Assembly: GCA_964016885.1 (NCBI GenBank)
Contig: OZ024743.1
Location: 372,558,001 to 372,622,000 of the forward strand
Length of the DNA: 64,000 nt
Reading direction: 5' to 3'
Source: Eledone cirrhosa
Lineage: Eukaryota
How positions within the stretch are numbered: the first letter of the stretch is position 1; the number at the start of each line of letters is the position of its first letter. The notes beneath the pieces were generated by a model that made no database searches, was not told where the DNA came from, and worked only from the letters and a program-made list of their open reading frames with translations. Made by a program: the position numbers and the translations under genes. Below, in pieces: positions 23,564 through 35,669 of this stretch.

Positions 23564-25632
23564 TCATCATCATCATCATCAACGTTTAACGTCCGTGTTC
23601 CACGCTTGCATGGGTTTGGACGGGGGTTTTCCCAATTGAGGCAAGAGTGATTGTCTTGCTCGCATAGGACTGTCTGGCGGGTTTTCTACAGCTGGATGCC
23701 CTTCCTAACACCAACCACATTTACAGTGTGGGGCTGGGAGGTTTTTACCGTGTTGCCTACACGGCCACATTACAGCGTGGACTGTCTGGCGGGTTTTCTA
23801 CAGTTGGATGCCCTTCCTAACACCAACCACATTTACAGTGTGGGGCTGGGAGGTTTTTACCGTGTTGCCTACACGGCCACATTACAGCATGGACTGTGTG
23901 TTTTTTTGTCGTGACACCTACACGATCTCATTTGTTTCGGCCTGGATGTTGTGGTACCAACATAACTTTACATTGAAAGGGGCGGTGTGGATAGGGTGGG
24001 GGTGGTGGGATGGGGGTGTATTTTGTTAGAGATGCCTACTGACTGTAGTAGGTTTTACTTTGTATTTAGGTAAGGCGGGTCTTCTCTATTACTGAGTACC
24101 GCCAAAGGTCTCGGTCCAGTGACATTGTCTTGGAGAGGTGTAAGTGTGTGAGGTCGGAATTTATCAGCTCGTCCCAGGTTTTTCTGGGTCTGCCTACTCC
24201 GTGGCTACCGTCTATCTTTATTGCCCTGCACTTTGTTATACAGCTATCGTCTTTCATGCGCATCACATGACCATACCAATGTAGCCTTCTCTCGAGTAAA
24301 CAACATCTGATCCCTCTTATTTCTAATTTCTTCCTTAGTTCGTTTATGCTTTGCCGTTCACGTATATTACTATCACACATCCAGCGGAGCATGCAAGCTT
24401 CGTTCCTCTCTAGTCTGCGTATATCCTCTGCACACAATGCCCAGGTCTCACTGCCATGCAACATTGCTGTTCGTATGCAGGCATCATACAGCCTGCCTTT
24501 CATTTTTAGGGAGTACCCTTTAGCGGCTAATAGTGGTATAAGCTCTCTGAACTTTTTCCATCCAGTTCTGACTGGATAGAAACACCTAGTTTTCTAAGAG
24601 CCCACCAGATAATGGAACGGGGGACTCTGTCGAAGGCTTTCTCCAAGTCGACAAAGGCTAAGTATAGGGGTTTACTTTAAGCTAGGTACTTCTCCTGTAG
24701 TTGTCGTACAATGAAAAGAGCGTCTGTGGTACTTTTGCCTGACACAAACCCGAACTGCATTTCATCTAGATCAATTCTCTCTCTGATTAGTTGCGCTATT
24801 ACTTTTTCCGTGACCTTCATGACCTGGTCGATTAATTTAATGCCTCTATAGTTACTCCTATCTAGGGCATCTCCTTTACCCTTATAACAGTTAACGATGA
24901 TGATGCTACGCCAGTCCTTCGGAACAACCCCATTCTGTACTACTTGGTTAACTATCCGGGTGACGATGATGTGTCCCACCGTACCAGATGCCTTCTGCAT
25001 CTCAGCAACTATTTCCGAAGGCCCAGCCGCCTTACCCGTCTTCATATCCTTGATTGCCTTACTTATTATACTCCCCTCGACTAACACTGCTGGTCCCTCT
25101 ATTGGGTCGATGTGGGGGAGACTGTCTTTCTCCCATTTATTCTCCTCATTTAGTAGCCTTTCATAGTGACACTTCCAAGCTACCTTCTTATCAGCGTCGG
25201 TGATGGCAAGTACGCCGTCATCGTTAAGTACACACTTCTCCCCAACAATATCACGGTTTTCCTTGACACATTGCCTAGCAATCCTGAACACCTCACGTTT
25301 TTGGTCCTCGCGTTGTAGAACATGCTTGAACTTTCTTTCCTCTGCTTCCCTTCTTGCTAAGTACACTTGTCTCCTAGCTTCCCTCCTGGCCACTTGATAG
25401 TCTTCTCTACTTCCCCCATCCCGTCATACTTTCCAAGCCTGCTTTTTGGCCTTAATTGACCCCTCCACCTTACTGTTCCACCACCATGTTACTCTCCTCC
25501 TGCCTACAGGCCTGCTCCAGCCACAGACTTCATCTGCCGCCATCAGCAGGTTTACTTTCAGGAATTCCCACTCTCCCTCTATATTGTACGACTCTAATTG
25601 CTCCTCCCTACTGTCGAAAGCATCAAGTAGTA
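23564..25632 (-). mobile_element. 5'-truncated, internally deleted RTE-clade LINE
   Basis: ORF pieces NYRGIKL, QFGF, LHGSETW; RT core absent at the junction near 24575-24585; duplicated unit of about 112 bp in the 3' UTR; (TGA)n tail. Confidence 0.9.
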
Positions 25633-25741
25633 ATATATGTATGTATATATATATACATGTGTATATATATATATAAATAAATAAATAAACATATATATGT
25701 ATGTATATATACATGTGTATATATATATATATAAATATATA

Positions 25742-25876
25742 TAGGAAAATGTTCAAGACCCCGACAGCAGAGCTCAAGCCGTTTCGAACATTTTCCTATT
25801 ACCCACTCTACTACCCAAAGTATTGAGTACTCTGGTGCGTTATGGTCCCTCTGGTTCCTTACCACACTTCCTTCAT

Positions 25877-25878
<2 letters not shown>
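25742..25878. mobile_element. Penelope-like 3'-end micro-insertion with inversion
   Basis: Same family as 27.4 kb and 53.9 kb; TAGGAAAATGTTC..GAACATTTTCCTA inverted arms. Confidence 0.7.
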
Positions 25879-26475
<597 letters not shown>

Positions 26476-26586
26476 CGCATGCAATGCATGCACTGCATGC
26501 ATTGCATGCACGTACCCTTCACCCCTGATATATATGTATATGTATGTATGTATATATACACACATATATATATATATATATATATA

Positions 26587-26712
<126 letters not shown>

Positions 26713-26716
26713 GTAT

Positions 26717-27059
26717 GGAGGCACATGGCTTAGTGGTTAGAGCATTGGCCTTGCAATCGAAAGGTTGTGAGTTCAATTCTCAGACCGGGTGATGTGTTGT
26801 TTCCTTGAGCAAGACACTTTATTTCACATTGCTCCAGTTTACTCAGCTGTAGAAATGAAATGATAGGGACTGGGGTCCCTATCATTCCACTGCAAAGTGG
26901 TCGTGTAGGTGCCACGGAAAAAAAGCACCCAGCACTCACTGTAAATGAGGTTGGTGTTAGGAAGGGCATCCAGCTGTAGAAATCAAGCCAGAATCAGTTC
27001 CCGTCCCACCCTTGCAAGCAGGGAAAAGTGGACGTAAAATGATGATGATGATGATGATG
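26717..27059 (+). mobile_element. tRNA-derived SINE with RTE tail
   Basis: Near-identical to 14603-14933. Confidence 0.9.
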
Positions 27060-27344
27060 TATATATATAGAAAATGCTAAAGGGACTTTCTCTCAAAATA
27101 ACATCAAAACATTTATTTACAAAATAGAAATTTGTCCATTAATTGTATCGGTTTCCCAGCTTGTATGCTTTATCACACGATGGAAGTGTATAATGCAATT
27201 AAATTGCATATTAATATGAATAATAAGAATACGGGGAAAAAAAATAGTTTTTATTTAGGGAGAAAAGTTTAAATTTTTGTCTGTAGTTTTCTTTCTTTCT
27301 CTCTTAGTGTTGACCTTAGCGCTACCATATATATATATATATAG

Positions 27345-27548
27345 AGAGAGAGAGTATGACCCCGACGGCAGAGCTCAAGCCGTTTTGACGGCTATTTCTG
27401 GACTAAAGTGGTCCAGAAATAGCCGTCGAAACGGCTTGAGCTCTGCCGTCGAGGTCATACTTTCTCCTATTACCCACTCTACAACCCTAAGTATTGAGTA
27501 CTCTGGTGCGTTATGGTCCATCTGGTTCCTTACCACAACTCCTTCGTT
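27345..27548. mobile_element. Fold-back Penelope-like micro-insertion (hammerhead 3' half in both arms)
   Basis: Inverted repeat 27353-27403/27411-27461; GAAA-CGGC..GCCG-TC; one-sided tail of about 80 bp. Confidence 0.75.
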
Positions 27549-27559
27549 ATATATATATA

Positions 27560-27830
27560 TGAGGAACCAGATGTAGTGTGCATGTGTGAAAACTGCGCAG
27601 GTATGGACATGTGATACATATAATTGATGAAGAGTGGGTGAAGAAGTGCCAGGTGATGTCAGTGGAAGGGAAATGCAATAGAAGACGACCGTGAAGACAG
27701 AGGAAATCATAAAATCGCATTTAGAAGATGATGAAGAAATGTTACGGGTTAAGGTAGGTTGTGCTGGAAAGGACCCATCCAATCCATGCCAGCACAAAAA
27801 AGCGGATGTAAAAGAAGATGATGCTGAGGA
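27560..27830 (+). mobile_element. Old degraded RTE 3' fragment
   Basis: GGTATGGACATGTGAT (WYGHV-like) and terminal GCGGATGTAAAAGAAGATGATG. Confidence 0.55.
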
Positions 27831-27990
27831 TCTGTATATGCATATGTGTGTGTGTTTGTGTGTGTTTATATTTAAATCATCATCATCGCTTAACATCTGC
27901 ATTTCCTGCCATCAAGGGATGGGCAATTGTATACATATCTATCTATCCATCTATCTATCTATCTAAATAAAGAAAGATATCTATCTATCT

Positions 27991-28245
27991 GAGAAAGACA
28001 AAAGAATGGAAGACGGGAACACCTACAAAACATGATGCTGGTGTTGAGGGTTGTTCTCTCTATGGGGTGTAAAACAACCACGCAGTTTCGTTCCCATTAT
28101 TGGGGACTTCGATTGTTATTTTATTTTATATATAGTTTATTGTTATTTATCAATGTTAAAGTTATACAATTTTTATGTAAAACCCCAGCTGTCATGTCTT
28201 GTTATGTCCCATTTTTTGTACGCCCTGGTGGCAAATAAAGAATCT
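27991..28245 (+). mobile_element. Tx1 3' UTR fragment (another subfamily) between (TATC)n tracts
   Basis: Ends TGTCCC..GCCCTGGTGGCAAATAAAGAA-TCTATC like the other Tx1 3' ends. Confidence 0.7.
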
Positions 28246-28276
28246 ATCTATCTATCCATTTATCTATCTATATATA

Positions 28277-28885
28277 TGCCCAGGCATTACCGACCTGTAG
28301 GGCTATGTAGAATAACTATTGTCACGGGTGGGACCAATCCGGTTGACCACCGAGTCCATTGTCATGATCAAACCGCCACCCTCCTTCAAAAACGAAGGAG
28401 AGGCGGTTTTCCTTTGTGTGATAGCTATGGCGAAAGAGGTTGTATGGTGGACAAGGTTGAAAGGGCTGAGGTCAGACACCTTTCTCTCCGGCCAACAACT
28501 GATTCTTTTTTTCAAATACCACTTTAGAAGAAAAATCAGGATGGAGAGAGAGGTACTGTACCCCAGCAAGTTTTATGAAAGGGGGTGAAAGTGGCGATAA
28601 TGGCCCGAGTGAATGGGCCTTCTCTCTATATCAGCCTGTAGGTTGAGGAAAAAGAGGAGGAGAGGAGAGGAGTACAAACTCTTCGTACTCCTGGAGATGA
28701 GGGTTGCACATTTTTTTTCGGGGGTATGTGTTACCCTTATGAAATGTCTCCCCTATTGGGGAAAATCGACTAATTTTTAAATTACATTTGTGATAATATT
28801 TTACACGTTTTTATTGTATGTAAACTTCCCCCTTTGTATTTGTCCCCTTCTTTTGTGCCCCTGTGGCTAATAAAGAAACATATCT
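28277..28885 (+). mobile_element. 5'-truncated Tx1 LINE (subfamily C)
   Basis: Near-identical to about 16050-16653. Confidence 0.92.
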
Positions 28886-28958
28886 ATATATATGCAAGCG
28901 TAGAAGAATGGATGTGAACAAAATGATGAGATGATGATATATATGTACAGTATATATA

Positions 28959-29250
28959 TCATCATTTCATTTTACGTCCACTTTTCCCTGCTTGCAAGGG
29001 TGGGACGGCAACTGATTCTGGCTTGATTTCTACAGCTGGATGCCCTTCTTAACACCAACCTTATTTACAGTGAGTGCTGGGTGCTTTTTTTCAGTGGAAT
29101 GATAGGGACCCTAGTCCCTATCATCTCATTTCTACAGCTGAGTAAACTGGAGTAACGTGAAATAAAGTGTCTTGCTCACCCGGTCTGAGAATTGAACTCA
29201 CAACCTTTCGATTGCAAGGCCAATGCTCTAACCACTAAGCCATGTGCCTA
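28959..29250 (-). mobile_element. tRNA-derived SINE with two small deletions
   Basis: Same family as 14201-14543. Confidence 0.88.
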
Positions 29251-29304
29251 TATATGACACTTTTCCTATATATATACGTATATGTATGTATATATTCATA
29301 TTCA

Positions 29305-29363
<59 letters not shown>

Positions 29364-29510
29364 GTAGGTATATATTCATATATATATATATATATAAGTT
29401 GAAATAAAATGAAAACGAAATTTCATTTCTCACTCTTAGTACGGCACTTACTTAAATGTAAGTATGTGTGTATACGTACATACATATATGTATACAGACG
29501 TACAGTAGCA

Positions 29511-29575
<65 letters not shown>

Positions 29576-29725
29576 GTACACATACATATATGCACGTATC
29601 AGTTTAGCGGACGCTTATTATAACGCCGCTTTGTTCGTTTGTAAACAAACTGAACAGCCTGAATTTTTATGCCGTACGGTGTTAAGGCAACCACGTCACC
29701 TTTTTGTTCAACACTGACACAGGAA

Positions 29726-29766
29726 CGATGTACTAGTTTCAAGCTTGTTAGCTATCATCAGCACCG
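29726..29766 (-). ncRNA. Minimal hammerhead ribozyme (mirror copy)
   Basis: Reverse complement of 29952-29992. Confidence 0.8.
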
Positions 29767-29951
29767 TATACCCATCTGCCAGATAGTTGAACGTTCGAAA
29801 GTATATACTTTCCTTATGAAAATCAACTTATCGTTTTCGGTATGCCTGACCGACTTAGCTCACTCGATATGCAAATTAGGCTGCTCAGCCGTTAATTTTC
29901 ATAAGGAAAGTATATACTTTCGAACGTTCAACTATCTGGCAGATGGGTATA

Positions 29952-29992
29952 CGGTGCTGATGATAGCTAACAAGCTTGAAACTAGTACATCG
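29952..29992 (+). ncRNA. Minimal type I hammerhead ribozyme
   Basis: CGGTG-CTGATGA-T-AGCT-AACA-AGCT-T-GAAA-CTAG-TA-CATCG. Confidence 0.82.
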
Positions 29993-30145
29993 TTCCTGTG
30001 TCAGTGTTGAACAAAAAGGTGACGTGGTTGCCTTAACACCGTACGGCATAAAAATTCAGGCTGTTCAGTTTGTTTACAAACGAACAAAGCGGTGTTATAA
30101 TAAGCGTCCGCTAAACTGATACGTGCATATATGTATGTGTACCTG

Positions 30146-30210
<65 letters not shown>

Positions 30211-30266
30211 GCATGCTACTGTACGTCTGTATACATATATGTATGTACGTATACACACATACTTAC

Positions 30267-30348
<82 letters not shown>

Positions 30349-30351
30349 ATA

Positions 30352-30436
<85 letters not shown>

Positions 30437-30500
30437 GTATATACACAGCGTGGTCTCAGCTAGATGGCTGGGACAGGTAAAAGAGTATATAGACACATAT

Positions 30501-33500
30501 ATGATGGCTGCCCCCTCGTTATCGAGTATGGCCATTGCACGAGAAGAAAAAAAAAATAAAATAAAATAAAAAAATAAATAAAATAAAATAAAATAAAAAA
30601 TAAAATAAAATAAAATAAAAATAAAATAAAATAAAATAAAATAAAATAAAAAAATAATAATAATAATAATAAATAAATAAAAAAAAAGAAGAAAAGAAAA
30701 AAAGAAATATATATATATATATATACATACATACATACATACATATATACATACACACATACATACACATACACTCACACATATACACACACATACATTA
30801 ATAACAATAATAATAATAATAATAATAGCAATAATAATAATAACGACAACAACAATAATAATATACATATTCATATATATATACACATACACGCACGCAC
30901 ATAAGCATATCTACATACACACACACACACGATAGCAACTAACAGTGCTGCGATCGAATGTGGCTTTTTAGCCCAGCCAATGATCTAAAATGTCTTGCAC
31001 AGAGTCGGCAACCAAAACATTCACTGGGAATAGTCGGCTGTGGTTGGAGTTCGTGTACTTTTGCATGTCGCTTGAGCCCTCCTGCTGATTTACATTCTCT
31101 ACCACATGTTTGGCAAGCATGATGAGTAGCATCTCCAACAGCAGCCTGGTAGTCAACCACTGGTCTTACTTTATGACTGCGAAGATCACTTTCGAGTCCA
31201 GCTTTGCTTAGGCAGAGTCTCGCACAGACGCTGCATGTCAGCACCATAGGAGGACCCTCGCCGTCTGGAAGTGCAACAGCAATGCCCTTCCTCACGTCCC
31301 GCTTTACTTTCTCGTGTGCGATTCGAGATGCCTCAAAGGCAACTTTTCCCTTCATATACAGTCTTTCTCCATTTATTACGATCAGCAACAATATTTTCCC
31401 ATGTATCAGCAGAGATGTTAGCGTCTTTCAGAGAGGCTTTCAAGGAATCCTTATACCTCTTTTTTGGTTTATGTGGCGGTCGTTTTCCTTTAACCAACTC
31501 TCCATAGAAGAGTTGTTTTGGTATTCTAGAATCCTTCATCCTGGCAAGGTGACCACTCCAACGGAGTCGTTGCTTAAGCACAAGAGCTTCTATACTGTCA
31601 CACATAGAGCTTTCCAAAATCTCGACATCACTGATGTGGTCCCTCCAGTGAACGCCATGGATCCGTCTGAGACACATCTGATGGAAACGCTCCAATTGCT
31701 TAAGGTGGCGTCGATATGTGACCCAGGTCTCGCAGGCATAAAGAAGACAAGAGAGTACACATGCCCTGTACACCTTTACCTTTGTCCTCCTGCATATGTC
31801 TCGCCGACCCCAGAGTCGCCTTTCTAGCTTTCCGAAAGCATCACTTGCTTTCCCAATCCTAAGTGAGATTTCACTGTCAAGGTTGCCGTATCGATTGACA
31901 GTGCTTCCCAGGTAGACAAACTGATCAACCACTCCAAGTCGTTTGCCATACACATAGATGTTTGGTTCAGTGTACTGCTTACTAGGGGCAGGTTGGTACA
32001 TGACGACGGTTTTCTTGAGACTGACAGTCAAACCCAGGGCAGTGCAAGCGTCAGAAAATGCATTCAAAATGTGCTGCATATCACTCTCTGTGTGCGCTAC
32101 AAGATCGCAATCGTCTGCATACAAGAGGTCTCTTATGACTGATGTAAATACTTTTGTCTTCGCAGCAAAGCGCCTGATGTTAAATATGCTGCCTGAGGTT
32201 CGATATCGGATGTAAACACCATGCTCGCAATTCCTGAATGCAATACAGAAAACCATTGCAAAGTATATGGCAAACAGGGTCGGTGCTGGAATATCCCCCT
32301 GTTTCACTCCATTTTTTACTGAGATAGGCTCCGACATGTTACCTCCGACATTAACCCAAGCCTTCATGTCGTCATGGAAAGACCTAACTAAAGCAAGGAA
32401 CTTATCAGGGCAACCAAGTTTCTGGAGAACCTTCCATAATGCATCTCTGTTGACAGTATCGAAAGCCTTTGTCAGATCGACAAAAACCTGATACAGATCC
32501 AAGCCTTATTCAATGCACTTCTCCTGGAGCTGTCTAGCTGAGAAGATCATATCAGTAGTGCCGCGTCCAGCACGAAAACCAGATTGACTTTCAGGAAGGA
32601 CACAATCTGCAATGTGTGTCAGCAGACGGTCCAGAAGCACCCTACATAAAACTTTCCTTACGACAGAAAGCAATGATATACCTCTGTAGTTCCCACAATC
32701 ATTCCTGTTACCCTTTCCCTTGTACAAGACCACCATTACTGCATCTCTCCAGTCCTCAGGCACGGATTCATTAGCCCATATCCTTCCAAACAAAGAGTGA
32801 AGATGTTGCAGGAGTCTCTCACCACCATATTGTAGTAGCTCAGCATGTATGCCATCCATACCTGGAGATCTTCCACTGTTCAGCTTCGAAATAGCCACTG
32901 CAACCTCCACAAGCGTCGGAGGTTCTGCGAGAGCTACTTTCACAGGACTTTCCGGAATGAGATTGAGGAAATCTTCACTGACGACAGACGGCTGATTCAA
33001 AAGATCATCAAAGTGCTCTCGCCACCTTCGTAGAATTCCCTGTGAGTCACGAAGAAGTTCTTTGCCATCCTTGCTGCGAATCGGTGTCACCAGAGAAGAA
33101 GACGGTCCATAAACCTCACGCAAGAGACTGTACAACAGCTTTGTGTTATTGCAATCAGACGCAGTTTGTATCTCACCAGCCTTCTCACTCCACCACTGAT
33201 CCTTCATCTGAGAAAGACTCCGCCTAACACGTGATTTTACATCCCTGAGCTCCTCATGCAACGTATTCCTCTCCTGTGGTTTTGCCGTCAAGTAGCGTGA
33301 CAGAGCACGCCTCTTATCAGCCAACAAGTCTTCTATATGTACATCATTCTCATTAAACCAGTCCTGATGTTTTCTCTGCACCAATCCCAGAACACGTCTG
33401 CCTACATCATAAACCGACTTTTTAAGGGTCGGCCAATCCTCACCAAGATCTGCAGCCTGCATCTCTTCTTCCAATGTCCTCTTCACATTTTTATCCTTAA

Positions 33501-35410
33501 GACGAGCAGCATTCAATCTTTTGGGCAGGGTAACACCAGGAGCCCGGATTTTACGTTTGGTGATTAGATTCACTTTTGCGCGTACCAGGCGGTGGTCCGT
33601 CCAGCACTCAGCTCCACGAAGAACACGAACACACTGCACATCCTGTCTGTCACGCATCCTGACTAGGACGTAGTCCAAAAGATGCCATTCCTTAGATGCA
33701 GGATGCATCCATGTGGTCTTGAATTTGTTCTTTTGTTGGAACATGGTGTTGGTAACACACAGATCCAGCTCCTCACACATCTGCAGCAAGAGCATACCAT
33801 TGCCGTTACACTTTCCCACCCCATGCCTTCCGATTACATTCCATGTGTTAAAATCCCTACTCACTCTAGCATTAAAGTCACCAAGCACGATGACTTTGTC
33901 TGCCTGAGGGATATTTCTTAGAACACCTTTCAAGGCATGGTAAAAGGACAGTTTTTCTTCATCGACAGAATTCATAGTTGGAGCATACACACTCACCAGG
34001 GTAGCATATCTTCCCTTGTCCAGCGGAACTCTCATGGACATAAGATGCTCACTAATCCCTACTGGGAATTCTTCTAATTTATTTACAAGTGCAGTCTTAA
34101 CAGCAAATCCTACCCCAGCCTCTCTTCTGGTTCCTTCATCTCTTCCTTTCCAGAAGAATGTATATTCTCCACAAAATTCCGTAAGATGACCATCTCCAGC
34201 TAACCTCGTCTCAGATAAAGCCACGATGTCAAGATCGTAACGTCGAAGCTCCTTTGCAACAAGAGCGGTCCTTCGTTCAGGACGCTCCAAAGAATCCCTG
34301 TCAAGCAGCGTCCGTACGTTCCAGCAGCCAAGACTAAATGCCCTGTTTGGCTCTATTACAATGGCACGATGACGGGCGGGCCCAGGTTGTGATAACTTGG
34401 GGCCCCTGCCCTTATTGCCAATGATCTTTTTTGTTCCAGAACCTAAATTGGCAATTATCTCGTTTACATTGTTCTGGAACATCATTGAATTGGAAAAAAA
34501 AAAAAAAAAGTAATAATAGTAATAATAATAATAATAATAATAGTACACTATTAATAATTATTAATGCACTCGTGCAATGCCTGTGCGTGACGAATATTTT
34601 TAAAGTGAGGAAAGACTGTGCACTGAGCCAATCCCACTCTCTGAGCGACAGTAGCTATAACCCGAAAAGAAGAAAAGATCAACATCATCGGTAACTACTG
34701 AGCCGCAGGTTTTATGTTGGAGTTAACCCAGTTTCCTGAGATGCCTTCTCCTAGAAGAGTGCCCTGACAAGGGCTAGGGGTTCTTCACTCCCATGGTTTA
34801 ACTGCGCGATCGGGCATCCAGCCCGATTATTTCTATGTCCCCGCGCAAAAAAAAAAAAAAAAAAATCACTTATTGACACTTATACGTACGACATACACAC
34901 ACACGCATGCATATGCGCGCACACAGCAACACTCATACATACAACAAACACACACACACGCTACTCTACTCACTTACACACACACACACACATATATAAA
35001 TATATATTACTGTCATTACTGATACAAGATTACAAGATTATGTCAACTGTTGACTTTCAAGAGTTTGTATAGTTGAAGCCGATCGTATTACAGTCCAGTA
35101 TTACTATAATTGCTTTACAGCATAGAGTTATGGCTCTCCACGGAGTCAACAAAAGAGAGTACCAGTGATGCGCTGGGCCAGTCGCTGGATCCGTGCCAAA
35201 AGCAGAAAAATTATTATTAAAGTTGTTTTCTTAAGGCCAGGTCGCTGGTGATGGTGATGGCGGCGGCGGTGGCGGTGGTGGTGGTGGTGGCAGTTGATGT
35301 TGTTGTTGTTGTGTTGTGTGTGTGTGTGTGTGTGTTTTGTTATTTTGAGTTTTTTTTTTTTTTTTTTTTCCCTTCCCCTTTTCTTTTTTCTTTCCCTTCC
35401 TTTTTTTATG
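30501..35410 (-). mobile_element. Full-length RTE-BovB-like LINE, copy 1 (disrupted)
   Basis: Collinear with 48614-53628, UTRs included; 3' terminus GCAATGGCCATACTCGATAACGAGGGGGCAGCCATCAT. Confidence 0.95.
30939..34485 (-). pseudogene. RTE ORF (APE-RT-C2H2 x3) with nonsense codon and frameshift
   Basis: Relative to copy 2: TAA at 32506-32508 (CAG in copy 2) and one extra T near 31351. Confidence 0.93.
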
Positions 35411-35669
35411 TTTTGATGCCGCTGTTGTTGTTGTTGTTGTTGTAATTGTTGTAAATGTTCATTTCAGTTCATATATAGATACATATATAGATACATATAT
35501 AGATACATATATAGATACATATATACAGGTGTGTTTGAGTGCGTATATATATATATGTTTTAACGGTTTGTTCTCCTATATTTATTTCTCCACGTATATA
35601 TATATATATACACACACACACATACACACATACATCTGCACATATATATGTATATATGAATATGCGTGT

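Larger units (their letters stand above)
29397..30268. mobile_element. Large fold-back Penelope-like insertion (inverted pLTRs)
   Basis: Arms 29456-29827 and 29891-30268, 63-bp spacer, about 60 bp extension on the left arm only; hammerhead in each arm; embedded in (TA)n. Confidence 0.8.

Noticed and set aside
26477-26528. 33-bp TGCA-rich palindrome
   Set aside because: Real, but most simply a truncated DNA-transposon/MITE end (minus strand CAGGGGTG..); no ribozyme core and only one copy here.
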